Source: an uncultured Planctomycetota bacterium
Lineage (GTDB): Bacteria; Planctomycetota; Planctomycetia; Isosphaerales; Isosphaeraceae
Length of the DNA: 64,000 nucleotides
NCBI GenBank assembly: GCA_963823665.1
Contig: CAWGMQ010000011.1
Coordinates: forward strand, 1,056,001-1,120,000
Direction of reading: 5' to 3'
Shown here: piece after piece, positions 1 to 9,249 of the stretch
Numbering within the stretch: the stretch's first letter is position 1
How the letters are laid out: the number at the start of each line of letters is the position of its first letter
Notes under the pieces: generated by a model
What the model was told of the DNA's origin: nothing
The model's database searches: none
What the model saw: only the letters and a program-made list of their open reading frames with translations
Position numbers and translations under genes: made by a program

Positions 1-1367
1 AAGTTGATCTTCACATCGTTGTTTGGCTGGGCCGTCCACGTTCCATCCAGCTTCGCTTCCCTGCCGGGCGAAGCAGTTGGTGACGGGATGCTCGCAGGAG
101 GGGGCGCAGGCTGGGGCTGAGACTGAGCAATGTTCCCACCGGTGGGCTGACCTTGAGGCTGCTCGAGCTGTTGCACCAACTGTGCCGAGAGTGTGTCTTT
201 GGGCTGGAGCGCGGTCACCCTCTTGAGCTCCCGGACAGCCGCCTCGGGGTGCTCCGCGGTCAGGTACTCGTAAGCGAGCACGAAACGCCCGGCGGCCGAG
301 TTGGGGTTCTGGGAACAATACGTTTCCAGGGCCCGAAGCTGCTGGGTATAAACTTCGGGGTCGGCGTAGAGGCTGATCAGCGTCGTCCAGTCCCAACCCG
401 GACCGGAAGAAAGCACGGCATAAAGCGGGGCCGAAGCTTCATCGTAACGTCCCAGAGCGAACAAGGTCTGTGCCCGGAATTCGTGGAGCGTCGGGTCATT
501 CGGCATCGCCTTGATGGCCTGGTCCGCCAGTTCGATTGCCTTGGCGTAGTTACCCTCCTTGAATGCCGCGCGCGCTGCGTCGAAGGTGCTGACAGCCGAA
601 TCGGCAACAGTCTGATCAGGCTGGGTGACCTGGGGATCGATCGGCTGAGCGTAATCATAGACGAGCGGCTGTTGCGCGACCTGGGTGTTTCCCGCGCCGT
701 AGCCACCCCCAGAGTAGGGGTTCGAGTAATTCGAGTATCCCCAGTTGTTAAGCATCGGGCCCATCATCCAGGAGGAGAGCCCCCAGCCCATACCCATTCC
801 CAGGCCGAAACCCAGCCCGCCGCCGAAAAGACCGTAACCACCGTAGCCGCCGTAACCACCGTAGCCGCCGTAACCGCCGTAACCACCGTAGCCGCCGTAG
901 CCGTAACCCGGGTAGCCAAAACCGTTTCCATAAGGCCGCGAGCCGAAACCCCCGGGAGAATGACCGTTCCAGTAGCCGTGAACCCACCCCGAGTGATAGC
1001 CCATGTAATTGTTCTGCCAGCCAGAACCCATGCGGTTCACGTTGTTGAACGTCCCGGACCGGTTCACGTTATTGAAACCATTCACTCGGTTCACATTATT
1101 GACGGTGTTGGCGCGATTCAGATTCCCCGGAGCTACCTGGCCAGGCATGGCTCGCGGGGTGCTAAGCGACGGAGAGCGATTGAAACCGGATGCCGGTGCC
1201 GCATGGCCCTGAAAGCCGCCGGCGCGGACTCCTCCGCCGCCACGGAAACCCCCACCACCGCCACCACCGCCGCCGCCATGGCCTCCCCCGTGAAATGCCG
1301 CGACGGGCGCGGACAGCGTGAAGAATATCGCGATGGTGAACGTGCTGAACCGAGATAAGGTCGACAT
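1..1367 (-). CDS. Secreted Gly/Tyr/Asn-rich low-complexity protein with C-terminal TPR-like region (3' end outside window; absent from ORF track)
   Basis: Manual translation from ATG at 1367: MSTLSRFSTFTIAIFFTLSAPVAA (signal-peptide-like), FHGGGHGGGGGGGGGFRGG, NNVNR repeats, (GY)GGYGGY repeats, then helical FDAARAAFKEGNYAKAIELADQAIKAMPNDPTLHEFRAQTLFALGRYDEA...GPGWDWTTLISLY. The frame is open to base 1. Confidence 0.85.
   Translation of the reverse strand, partial: MSTLSRFSTFTIAIFFTLSAPVAAFHGGGHGGGGGGGGGGFRGGGGVRAGGFQGHAAPASGFNRSPSLSTPRAMPGQVAPGNLNRANTVNNVNRVNGFNNVNRSGTFNNVNRMGSGWQNNYMGYHSGWVHGYWNGHSPGGFGSRPYGNGFGYPGYGYGGYGGYGGYGGYGGYGGYGGYGLFGGGLGFGLGMGMGWGLSSWMMGPMLNNWGYSNYSNPYSGGGYGAGNTQVAQQPLVYDYAQPIDPQVTQPDQTVADSAVSTFDAARAAFKEGNYAKAIELADQAIKAMPNDPTLHEFRAQTLFALGRYDEASAPLYAVLSSGPGWDWTTLISLYADPEVYTQQLRALETYCSQNPNSAAGRFVLAYEYLTAEHPEAAVRELKRVTALQPKDTLSAQLVQQLEQPQGQPTGGNIAQSQPQPAPPPASIPSPTASPGREAKLDGTWTAQPNNDVKIN
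832..903. repeat. Eight tandem 9-bp units CCGTA(A/G)CC(A/G) encoding GGY repeats on the minus strand
   Basis: Units start at 832, 841, 850, 859, 868, 877, 886 and 895. Confidence 0.9.
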
Positions 1368-1392
1368 GCGCGCCTCCGCCTCTTTCTTTTTC

Positions 1393-2439
1393 TCAAGTGA
1401 TGAATTCTATGTCAGGGATTGCGACTCGCCTGGGCGCTGGCGCCCGGCGGACCATGACGTACTCAGCCGGCTCGGGGATGCTCTGGTCGCCCAGGGTGCG
1501 GTCGGTCGAGCTCCAGCGCATCGAATTGGGGCCGGTCGAATTGAGCAAGTGCGTGGACGATGCACTCCGCCCGTCGGGCAACACCCCCGCCGATTTGACC
1601 ACCCACTGATTCCCCTTCCGGGTCCAGAGCGCGTCGCCGTATCCTCCCTCGGAATCAAACACCCACGACTTAACCTGCCTGGTAAGCGGATCCCAGCCGA
1701 TGCGCTCATTGACCGTCATCACTGGTCGGCCTTGAACGTGGACCGTGAAATCTCGGAGTAGAAAGTTCTTCTCCGGTGACCAGCCGCAGCTCACATATAC
1801 CGTTGAATCCGAGCTCTGCTCGACCCACTCCCCGGTAAGCCATTCGAGTGACTTCAAATGTTCATAATGAGCGACCTTTTGCGGGAATTCTTCGCGTACG
1901 CTGGAATAGAGCCAGTGTCCAGCTTGCTTGATATAAAGAACGGTGTATCGGCGGAGTGTTTCACCTGCGCCGGCTGTACTGACTCGCGTGTGGCCTTCGT
2001 CCTTGGCAACGTCGGGACTCAGAAACTTGAGCGACTCGATCATGATATCGATCGTCGAGTGCGGTCTTTCTTGAAAGATCCGCGTGTAGAGCGCCTCGAT
2101 CGACGGTCGCCCCAGCGCTCGCTCACCTTTCTCATCAATAAGCTCGGCGTCCTCCGTGAACATCGCCGCGACCGCTTTGGCGTCGCCGGCCGCGAAGGAG
2201 CGAGTGAACGCATCTCCCACCGCCCGAATGACCTTCTCATCGTCAGGGCGATCAGTCAGTAAACGAGGTGAGGCCGACGGGACTTTCGGTTCCTCAGATC
2301 GGGAAGCCGAGGGCTGCGCAATGGCGGTGCTTGAACGCTTGAGGGTTTCCTGCGCAGTCGCGACCGGCGCGAGCACAGCGCAGGGCCCGGCGAGCGCAGT
2401 CGCCAACAGCATGATGAGCCTGTCACGTGTGTTCTTCAT
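1393..2439 (-). CDS. Exported NTF2-like / SgcJ-EcaC / DUF4440-type protein
   Basis: Likely start MKNTRDRLIMLLATALAG (signal peptide). FTRSFAAGDAKAVAAMFTEDAE...GRPSIEALY...DVAKDEG...YTVLYIKQAGHW is the NTF2-like pattern, followed by LEWLTGEW...IGWDP...SWVFDSEGG. Confidence 0.8.
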   Translation of the reverse strand: MKNTRDRLIMLLATALAGPCAVLAPVATAQETLKRSSTAIAQPSASRSEEPKVPSASPRLLTDRPDDEKVIRAVGDAFTRSFAAGDAKAVAAMFTEDAELIDEKGERALGRPSIEALYTRIFQERPHSTIDIMIESLKFLSPDVAKDEGHTRVSTAGAGETLRRYTVLYIKQAGHWLYSSVREEFPQKVAHYEHLKSLEWLTGEWVEQSSDSTVYVSCGWSPEKNFLLRDFTVHVQGRPVMTVNERIGWDPLTRQVKSWVFDSEGGYGDALWTRKGNQWVVKSAGVLPDGRSASSTHLLNSTGPNSMRWSSTDRTLGDQSIPEPAEYVMVRRAPAPRRVAIPDIEFIT

Positions 2440-2616
2440 GGGGGTGAATCTCTGATGGTGGATTGGGAACCAGCGAGATACACCGTGCAATCGTCGTGCC
2501 GAAGTCCTCCCCCTATCCGCTGCAAATCCCATCTTGCTAATCTTGTGTCGTCCTCTTGCAATGTATAGCACACAAAGCCCAGGCGCTCGGGCTGACGAAT
2601 CTCCGAGGCAACGACG

Positions 2617-3858
2617 ATGAGTGAAACGCGCGTGAATCTAGCCGTCGATCGTTTCCACGACGAGCAAACGGCGGAAGACCCATTCGCACGCTATCGCGAC
2701 CAGTTTCCCATCCTGGCGCACACCAACTACTTGATCAGCAACTCGCTTGGAGCGGTTCCCGCCTCGACCGCTGCCAGTCTCCAAGCCTACTACGAGGCGT
2801 GGGCCACCCGCGGAGTCCGGGCGTGGGAAGATTCGTGGTGGTCCCTGGTTGTCGACCTGGGCGACCTTCTCGCCCCGCTCATCGGTGCCAGGAATGGCGA
2901 GGTGGTCTTTCAGCCCAACGTCACGCTATCGCACGCCGTCGTGTTCAGTGCCGTTGGGTTTTCTGGCCCCCGGAACAAGATCGTCACGGACGCCATGCAT
3001 TTCCCGTCGATCCTCTATCTCATCGACGAACAGCGGAATCGCTCGGCCACGGTCGAGGTGATTCCCTCGTGCGACGGCATCACAATCGATACGAATGAGC
3101 TCCTCGATCGCATCGACGAGCACACCGCGATCGTGAACATCTCCCACGTCCTGTTCAAATCGGCCTACATTCATGATGTCGCCGCAATCGCGGAAAAGGC
3201 CCGCCGCGTCGGTGCGATGACGGTGATCGACGGCTACCAGGCGGTAGGCACGATTCCCGTCGATGTCCGCGCGCTGGGCGTCGATGTTTACATCGGCGGT
3301 TGCCTCAAATGGCTCTGCGGCGGTCCTGGCGCCGCGTTTCTCTGGGTCGACCCCGCGGTGCGCGGGCGACTCGAACCGGCAATCACCGGCTGGATGGCGC
3401 ATCAGCGCCCATTCGCCTTCGAGCGCTCCCAGGATCGCCGTACAGACGCCTGGCGTCTCCTGCACGGAACACCAAGCATTCCGGCGCTCCACGCCGCAAA
3501 GCCCGGACTGCTCCTGATCAACGAAGTCGGCATCGACGCGATTCGTGAGAAGTCAGAGCGACAGATAGAGCGGCTCATGGACCTGGCCGCTCGGGAGGGA
3601 TTCCCCTGCACCACCCCTCGCGACCCTGCGCGACGCGGGGGCACCGTCGCCGTCAACGTCGAGCATGCGTACGAGGTTTCGCAGTGCCTCAAATCGCGGG
3701 ATATCCTTTGCGACTACCGCCCGGGCGCCGGCATTCGTTTTTCTCCTCATTTCTACAACCTCGACTCCGAGCTGGACGCCGCGATCGAGGCCATCCGCGA
3801 GATCCGATCGTCCGGGGCCTGGCGAGAATTCGGAACCGGGGAATCGGGCGTAACGTGA
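2617..3858 (+). CDS. kynU: Kynureninase / class V PLP-dependent aminotransferase
   Basis: YLISNSLG, FPS, DGYQAVG, GGCLKWLCGGPG (PLP lysine), PAITGW, GTP, RGG, DYRPGAGIRFSPHFYN. Confidence 0.8.
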   Translation: MSETRVNLAVDRFHDEQTAEDPFARYRDQFPILAHTNYLISNSLGAVPASTAASLQAYYEAWATRGVRAWEDSWWSLVVDLGDLLAPLIGARNGEVVFQPNVTLSHAVVFSAVGFSGPRNKIVTDAMHFPSILYLIDEQRNRSATVEVIPSCDGITIDTNELLDRIDEHTAIVNISHVLFKSAYIHDVAAIAEKARRVGAMTVIDGYQAVGTIPVDVRALGVDVYIGGCLKWLCGGPGAAFLWVDPAVRGRLEPAITGWMAHQRPFAFERSQDRRTDAWRLLHGTPSIPALHAAKPGLLLINEVGIDAIREKSERQIERLMDLAAREGFPCTTPRDPARRGGTVAVNVEHAYEVSQCLKSRDILCDYRPGAGIRFSPHFYNLDSELDAAIEAIREIRSSGAWREFGTGESGVT

Positions 3859-3967
3859 CCTGAGAGTAATAAAATGTGAGGGACCGGAAGTGTACTTGAT
3901 CCCGAACGTGAGAAATCCTTCAGCTCGTTGACCACGACGATTGACCTTCGCGAGAGGCGCCACCGGA

Positions 3968-4411
3968 ATGAACGTCAGACGCCGGATACTCGAGTGGCTT
4001 CTCTGGTTGTCGATCTCGGCACTGCTCGGTGTGGTCAGCCTGGAAGCGGCATCATTCTTCATCCCCCGCTCCGAGAGCTTTCTCTCCATCGGAGGCGGCT
4101 TCTATGCCTTCCTGCGACCGGGCTGGATCGACCTGGCCAGCGACCTGGACTCGGCTTCCGGCTATCCAGCGCCCGCCAGTGTGAACCCCCGCAACATCAT
4201 CGCGCCCCCGGTCAAGCGAAGCGGCACCATAAACCTGCCAGGGTTTTCCCTTAGCTTCTGCCTCTTCCGCGGCAACTCCGCGATCTGGTCGGCGAAGATC
4301 TCGCTCCTCGTGCCCCTGGTGCTTTCCAGTTTCATCATCGCCATCGTGTACTACCGGTTAAACCGCCTGAAGATGCGCAAAGCGGCACCGCCACTGCCCT
4401 CGCTTCCGTAG
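3968..4411 (+). CDS. Hypothetical membrane protein (two hydrophobic segments)
   Basis: MNVRRRILEWLLWLSISALLGVV... and C-terminal ISLLVPLVLSSFIIAIVYYRLNRLK (hydrophobic stretch then basic residues). Confidence 0.6.
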   Translation: MNVRRRILEWLLWLSISALLGVVSLEAASFFIPRSESFLSIGGGFYAFLRPGWIDLASDLDSASGYPAPASVNPRNIIAPPVKRSGTINLPGFSLSFCLFRGNSAIWSAKISLLVPLVLSSFIIAIVYYRLNRLKMRKAAPPLPSLP

Positions 4412-4617
4412 AGGCCACGCGAGCCGGCTCGCTTCCACGCTTGCACCGAATGTCGAGCCACCTCGGTCAACCTTTGTCAAATCTTCGTCGAATCCGGCTT
4501 TGGGACTGGATCGCGGCATCGCAATTGCCGCCTGAGTTTAGTCGGCGCGGGGGTGTCCCCGCGCTCGGGCACAGCCCGGATAAAGGAGCCCTGATTCGAC
4601 TCAACAGGAGAAACGAC

Positions 4618-5310
4618 ATGAGAGATCGACTCGCTGTGTTTGCCACCACGTCCACCATTTGTGTGTTGCTCGCCATGAGCCCGTACTCGCGGGCGCAGCA
4701 GCAAGACAAGCAGCCCACTGGCGCAGCGAACCAGAACCCGACGGCCGGCCAGAACAGAAACCAGGCGTCCTCCGCGAGCGAGACGATCCGCGGGGTGATC
4801 GCGAACGTCACGGCCGAAGGCGAAGCGATGTTCGACTACCGGACCAATCGGGGGGTCGCGGCCGAAGCCGCGTTCCTCACCGTAGTCGGCTCGCCGGTCA
4901 AGACTGAAGGTGCCGAAACCACGCGGACGGCCACGGGTTCAACCGAAGAGCGCGGCACGTCGAACCGAAAGCGGCACAACGTGTATTACGTCTGGCTGAC
5001 GCCTCGCACGAAGATCTGCGAGGGCACTGCGCGAGGCGAGAAGACAGCCGCCGCCGGCGAAACCGCGCGGTCCGGCCAGAAACGCGAGATCACGCTCGAC
5101 AATCTGGAGGTCGGCGATCACGTCGAGATCCAGTTCACCAAAAACGACGACTCCGGCTCGACGGGCTCTGCCCATCAGACGGAACAGATGCGCAGAAAAC
5201 ACGGACGTCACCGCACCCACGTCGGTTTCGCGTCGGAGATCACCGTCCTGCCGGATATGGGCTCCCATGAGGCTCAGGGGGAGCGGCGGGATAAGAGCAC
5301 CTCGCAGTAA
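4618..5310 (+). CDS. Hypothetical secreted protein
   Basis: SD CAGGAG precedes ATG 4618; signal peptide ending SRA-QQQ; ITLDNLEVGDHVEIQF resembles an OB-fold/DUF5666-like strand. Confidence 0.7.
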   Translation: MRDRLAVFATTSTICVLLAMSPYSRAQQQDKQPTGAANQNPTAGQNRNQASSASETIRGVIANVTAEGEAMFDYRTNRGVAAEAAFLTVVGSPVKTEGAETTRTATGSTEERGTSNRKRHNVYYVWLTPRTKICEGTARGEKTAAAGETARSGQKREITLDNLEVGDHVEIQFTKNDDSGSTGSAHQTEQMRRKHGRHRTHVGFASEITVLPDMGSHEAQGERRDKSTSQ

Positions 5311-5347
5311 CGGTGCTACTGCAGTGGCTGCCACTCAGATCGCCGCG

Positions 5348-5381
5348 CGGCCGGGGAGCGATTCCGCTTCCCGGCCGTTTT
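5348..5381 (+). terminator. Intrinsic terminator
   Basis: 13-bp stem CGGCCGGGGAGCG / CGCTTCCCGGCCG (one G-U pair), loop ATTC, followed by TTTT; 37 bp after the 5310 stop. Confidence 0.7.
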
Positions 5382-5494
5382 GCGTTCAAACGCGTGACGA
5401 ATTCGCAGCCGCTTGTCTCCGAACGGACGCGCCGTTATTCTCTTTTCTCGCTTGATGCTTCTGAGTACGGCAATACCTGACCAAAGTGTCGTGC

Positions 5495-6307
5495 ATGATC
5501 AACGTGTTGTTCTGGAACGCTGGCAGAGAGCCACGACAATCGCAGATCGTTCAACTCGCAATTCACTACGATATCGATATCATCCTGCTCGCCGAATTCG
5601 TGGATCAACCGGACGATATGCTGAGTGCTCTGAACGAAACGAAAGTTGCTTACGACTATTCTCCAGGGAATGGAAACACAAAGATCTCGGTTTTTGCCCG
5701 ATTTGCTGACGAATACGTTCGGCCTGTGTTTGAGACAGACAGGCTTACAGTTCGCCGGCTCAAACTCCCGGGGAAGGACGAGATTCTTCTGGCTGTTGTC
5801 CATTTTCCGAGTAAGCTGCATTGGAGCGATGAGAGTCAGGCATTCGAATGCACCAAACTCGCGGCTGACATCCGAGAGGCGGAAAGGAAATCAGGCCACC
5901 AAAGAACCGTTCTCGTAGGCGATTTCAATATGAATCCATTCGAGGCGGGAATCGTCAGCGCGCTCGGGATACACGGCGTGATGGACCGAAGAATTGCGCA
6001 GGGCGGTTCCCGTTTTGTTCAAGACTGTGAGTACACATTTTTCTATAATCCCATGTGGAGCTTTTTAGGCGACTGCTCACCGGGACCGCCCGGTACGCTT
6101 TATTACCAACGCGCCGAGCACCGCGTTTATTTTTGGAACATGTTCGACCAAGTTCTCGTCCGGCCAGAGCTGTTGGATCGTTTTCGAATGGATGGATTGG
6201 CCATCATTGACCATAATGGAGAAGAGTCCCTTCTGACCAATGCCGGACGACCGAATGCAAGGATAGGATCGGATCACCTACCAATCCGCTTTCGACTCAG
6301 CTTATAG
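5495..6307 (+). CDS. Endonuclease/exonuclease/phosphatase (EEP) family protein
   Basis: Catalytic motifs LFWN, LLAE, VVHFPSK, VGDFNMNP, FDQVL and GSDHLPI are all present. Three sampled 60-mers were 43-45% GC. Confidence 0.85.
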   Translation: MINVLFWNAGREPRQSQIVQLAIHYDIDIILLAEFVDQPDDMLSALNETKVAYDYSPGNGNTKISVFARFADEYVRPVFETDRLTVRRLKLPGKDEILLAVVHFPSKLHWSDESQAFECTKLAADIREAERKSGHQRTVLVGDFNMNPFEAGIVSALGIHGVMDRRIAQGGSRFVQDCEYTFFYNPMWSFLGDCSPGPPGTLYYQRAEHRVYFWNMFDQVLVRPELLDRFRMDGLAIIDHNGEESLLTNAGRPNARIGSDHLPIRFRLSL

Positions 6308-6316
6308 GTGCTTAGA

Positions 6317-6802
6317 ATGACCGACCTCTGGCCATCAGACCTCGCCACGACAACGACCAGATCGCCCCTCACGGTTCTCAAAGAGCAAGCGTCCTTGCTA
6401 GGCCTCAAGACGAGGAACATCGTCAAAGCCGGCGTCCGTCGATTTCAGGCGATCCCGCCACCGCCAAGTATCGGATATCTCACAACCGCCAAGTCTGTGC
6501 CACGCCCAGACGAGCCATTCCAGTACGCATTCTACCTGCAAGCTCCGGCGCTGGATAATTACACTTACCGCCTCTTTTCAGCGGCGTACGATGTTAATCT
6601 ATATCCTGTGCGGGTCTTAGTCGACGAGGATATCGCTGCAGAGATGGTCGCCGGAAGTGATGAACACTTCGCAAACAGTGAGGAAGACTTCAAGCAGTTG
6701 CTCTCAAGAATCCTCGGATCACAGAAAACTCGCAAGGTGATCAACGCGCTCCTGTCGCAGAGCACGGATCTGGTCCCGGTCAGCGGCACTTCATCCGAGT
6801 AA
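6317..6802 (+). CDS. Hypothetical protein, partner of the EEP gene
   Basis: Starts 9 bp after the EEP stop; MTDLWPSDL...PLTVLKEQASLL...FYLQAPALDNYTYRLF...YPV...ILGSQKTRKVINALLSQS. Confidence 0.75.
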   Translation: MTDLWPSDLATTTTRSPLTVLKEQASLLGLKTRNIVKAGVRRFQAIPPPPSIGYLTTAKSVPRPDEPFQYAFYLQAPALDNYTYRLFSAAYDVNLYPVRVLVDEDIAAEMVAGSDEHFANSEEDFKQLLSRILGSQKTRKVINALLSQSTDLVPVSGTSSE

Positions 6803-6844
6803 GCCGAACACCGTTGGCGTAGTTGGTTCACATCGAAGGCTCAC

Positions 6845-7967
6845 TCACACCCTCCCAACCGGTGTCTCCACCCACCTCCTCTCCGTGTGCGCCTGTAGCA
6901 CCGCGTCGGCGACAATCTGCGCGTTCCACCCGTCATAGAAACTCGGTACAGCCGCGCGGCCCTCGACGATTGCCGTGATGAACTCCCACATCAGGTCGTA
7001 CCGGAAAACGGTTGCCGGCGCACCCTCGGCCGGGTCGCGCGGGCTGCCAGCGGGCTTGAGAAACTCGGGCGGCACCACCACCGGCGCCAGGTCCTGGCCG
7101 GTCTTGCCCAGCAAGATCGTGTTCGGCTCGTGCAACCGGTAAACGGCCGAGCCCTCCGAGCCGTTCACCTCGGCCCATTCGTGGCCGAAACCGTCGCGGT
7201 GATAGCCCTTCGCCAGCGTCGTTCCCTCCCACACGCCTGTTGCTCCGCCCGCGAATTCACCGATCAAGCACGACCAGTCGTCGACGTCCGACGGTGCGCA
7301 CGACCTCGCCGCTGATCGTCCGGTCGCGACTTGCAAATCGCGCAACCGCGCCGCACACACGCGCAATCGGCCCCAACAGGTCGATTGCAAAATCGATCCG
7401 GTGAATCGTCATATCGAAGAGGTCGCCCGCGCCCGCCCGCGCCTTGTATTGCCGCCAGCCCCAGCTCGTCTCGGGCCAGTCCAGAAATCGCTGCGACCGA
7501 AAATGGCGGGGCGTTCCCAGCGCCCCCGACTTGAGCAAGTGCCGCAGATAACGCATTGATGGCGCAAAACGATAAGTGAACGCCGTCATGTGCACCACGC
7601 CCGCGTCGCGCGCCGCGGTGTACATCGTGCCCACTTCCGCCGCGCTCAAGCCCAGCGGCTTCTCGCACATGACGTGCTTGCCAGCCCGCGCCGCAGCCAG
7701 CGCAATCGGTCGATGCGTGTCATTGGGAGTGGCGATCACCACCGCGTCGACCTCCTCGAAACCGCACACCACCTCGGGGTCGGTCGAGGCGTGCGCGACG
7801 CCCCACTCGGCCTGCCGCTTCTTGAGGATCTCGGGGTCGGAATCGCAGATCGCCACCAGTTCGGCGCGCGAATCGAGCCGCAGCCCGGGCAAATGATGAT
7901 AGGCCGTCACGGCCCCGGTACCGATGAACCCCACGCCAACCTTCCGGCCCGCTTCAAGTGCCGACAT
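6845..7967 (-). CDS. Gfo/Idh/MocA family oxidoreductase (one apparent frameshift near 7300)
   Basis: VGFIGTG, VVIATPNDTH, GKHVMCEKP, AGDLFDMTIHRID in ORF 7257-8012; continues as SDVDDW...EVNGSEG...PSFYDG in ORF 6845-7390. Confidence 0.85.
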
Positions 7968-8065
7968 CTCGTTGATCCTTTCAGGGTGCTTGCCTTCACT
8001 TGCAACCGCCACTATCCTGCACTTTACCTCACACGAAATTCACTATCTCCAGAGGAGAACGCGGC

Positions 8066-9196
8066 ATGGCGGGCGAAAAGCCGATCCGTGTGGCCATCGT
8101 CGGGCTGGGCTTCGGGGCCGAATTCATCCCGATCTATCAAAAATACCCCGGCGCGGAAATCTACGCGATCTGCCGCCGCGACCGCAAGGGCCTGGACGAA
8201 TGCGGCGATCGCTACGGTATCAAGACGCGCTACACCGACTACCGTGATCTGCTCAAAGACCCCGCCGTCGACGCCGTCCATATCAACTCGCCTATTCCCG
8301 ACCACGCCTGGATGTCGATCGAGGCTTTGAACGCCGGCAAACACGTCGCCTGCACGGTTCCCATGGGAACCTCGATCGACGAATGCAAGAAGATCGTCGC
8401 CGCCCAGCGCTCCAGCGGCAAGATCTACATGATGATGGAAACCGTCGTCTACAGCCGCGAATACCTCTTCGTCAAGGAGCTGCACGACAAAGGCGAGCTC
8501 GGCAAGCTCCAGTTCCTGCGCGGAAGCCACCAGCAGGATATGGACGGCTGGCCCGACTACTGGCCCGGATTGCCGCCGATGTGGTACGCCACGCACTGCG
8601 TGAGCCCTTGCCTGGCCATCCTGGGAAAACACGCCAAGAGCGTGGTCTGCCACGGATCGGGCCGGATCCGCGAAGAGCTCATCGGCCGCTACGGCAGCCC
8701 CTTCGCCGTCGAAACTGCCACCTTCACCATCAAGGACTCCGACGTCGTCGCCGAGGTCACCCGTACCCTCTTCGACGTCGCCCGCCAGTATCGCGAAAGT
8801 TTTGACGCCACCGGCAGCAAGAAGAGCTTCGAATGGCAGCAGGTCGAGGGCGAAGACCCCGTCATTCACACCAAGAGCAGCGCCCTTCACCCGCTGTCGG
8901 AACCGGAAATCGCGAAGCGAGTGAAGGTGCCCGACTTTGCCCATTTGCTGCCGGAGCCCATCCGCCGGTTCACCCAGCCGGCCGCAATTCAGGATGCCGA
9001 CCACCTTTCCTTCCTCCAGGGCGGCGGTCACGGCGGCTCGCATCCTCACCTGGTTCATGCGTTTCTGAGCGCACTCAAGGGCGACCGCCCTGCCCTGCCC
9101 GACGCCGCCACCTCGGCCAACTGGACCATGGTCGGCCTCTGCGCTCACGACTCGGCGATGAACGGAGGAAAACGCATCGACATCCTTGTGCTCTGA
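8066..9196 (+). CDS. Gfo/Idh/MocA family oxidoreductase
   Basis: SD GAGGAG; IRVAIVGLGFG, DAVHINSP, GKHVACTVP, GGGHGGSHPHL; divergent from the previous gene. Confidence 0.9.
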   Translation: MAGEKPIRVAIVGLGFGAEFIPIYQKYPGAEIYAICRRDRKGLDECGDRYGIKTRYTDYRDLLKDPAVDAVHINSPIPDHAWMSIEALNAGKHVACTVPMGTSIDECKKIVAAQRSSGKIYMMMETVVYSREYLFVKELHDKGELGKLQFLRGSHQQDMDGWPDYWPGLPPMWYATHCVSPCLAILGKHAKSVVCHGSGRIREELIGRYGSPFAVETATFTIKDSDVVAEVTRTLFDVARQYRESFDATGSKKSFEWQQVEGEDPVIHTKSSALHPLSEPEIAKRVKVPDFAHLLPEPIRRFTQPAAIQDADHLSFLQGGGHGGSHPHLVHAFLSALKGDRPALPDAATSANWTMVGLCAHDSAMNGGKRIDILVL

Positions 9197-9249
9197 ATTC
9201 ATCCCGGGAGTGCGAAGCTCCCGCTCTTCCGCGGCGGCGCCAGGCTCCG

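Noticed and set aside
153..1358. 401-aa plus-strand ORF
   Set aside because: Antisense shadow of the minus-strand Gly-rich/TPR gene; its VTTVAA repeats are the complement of GGY codons.
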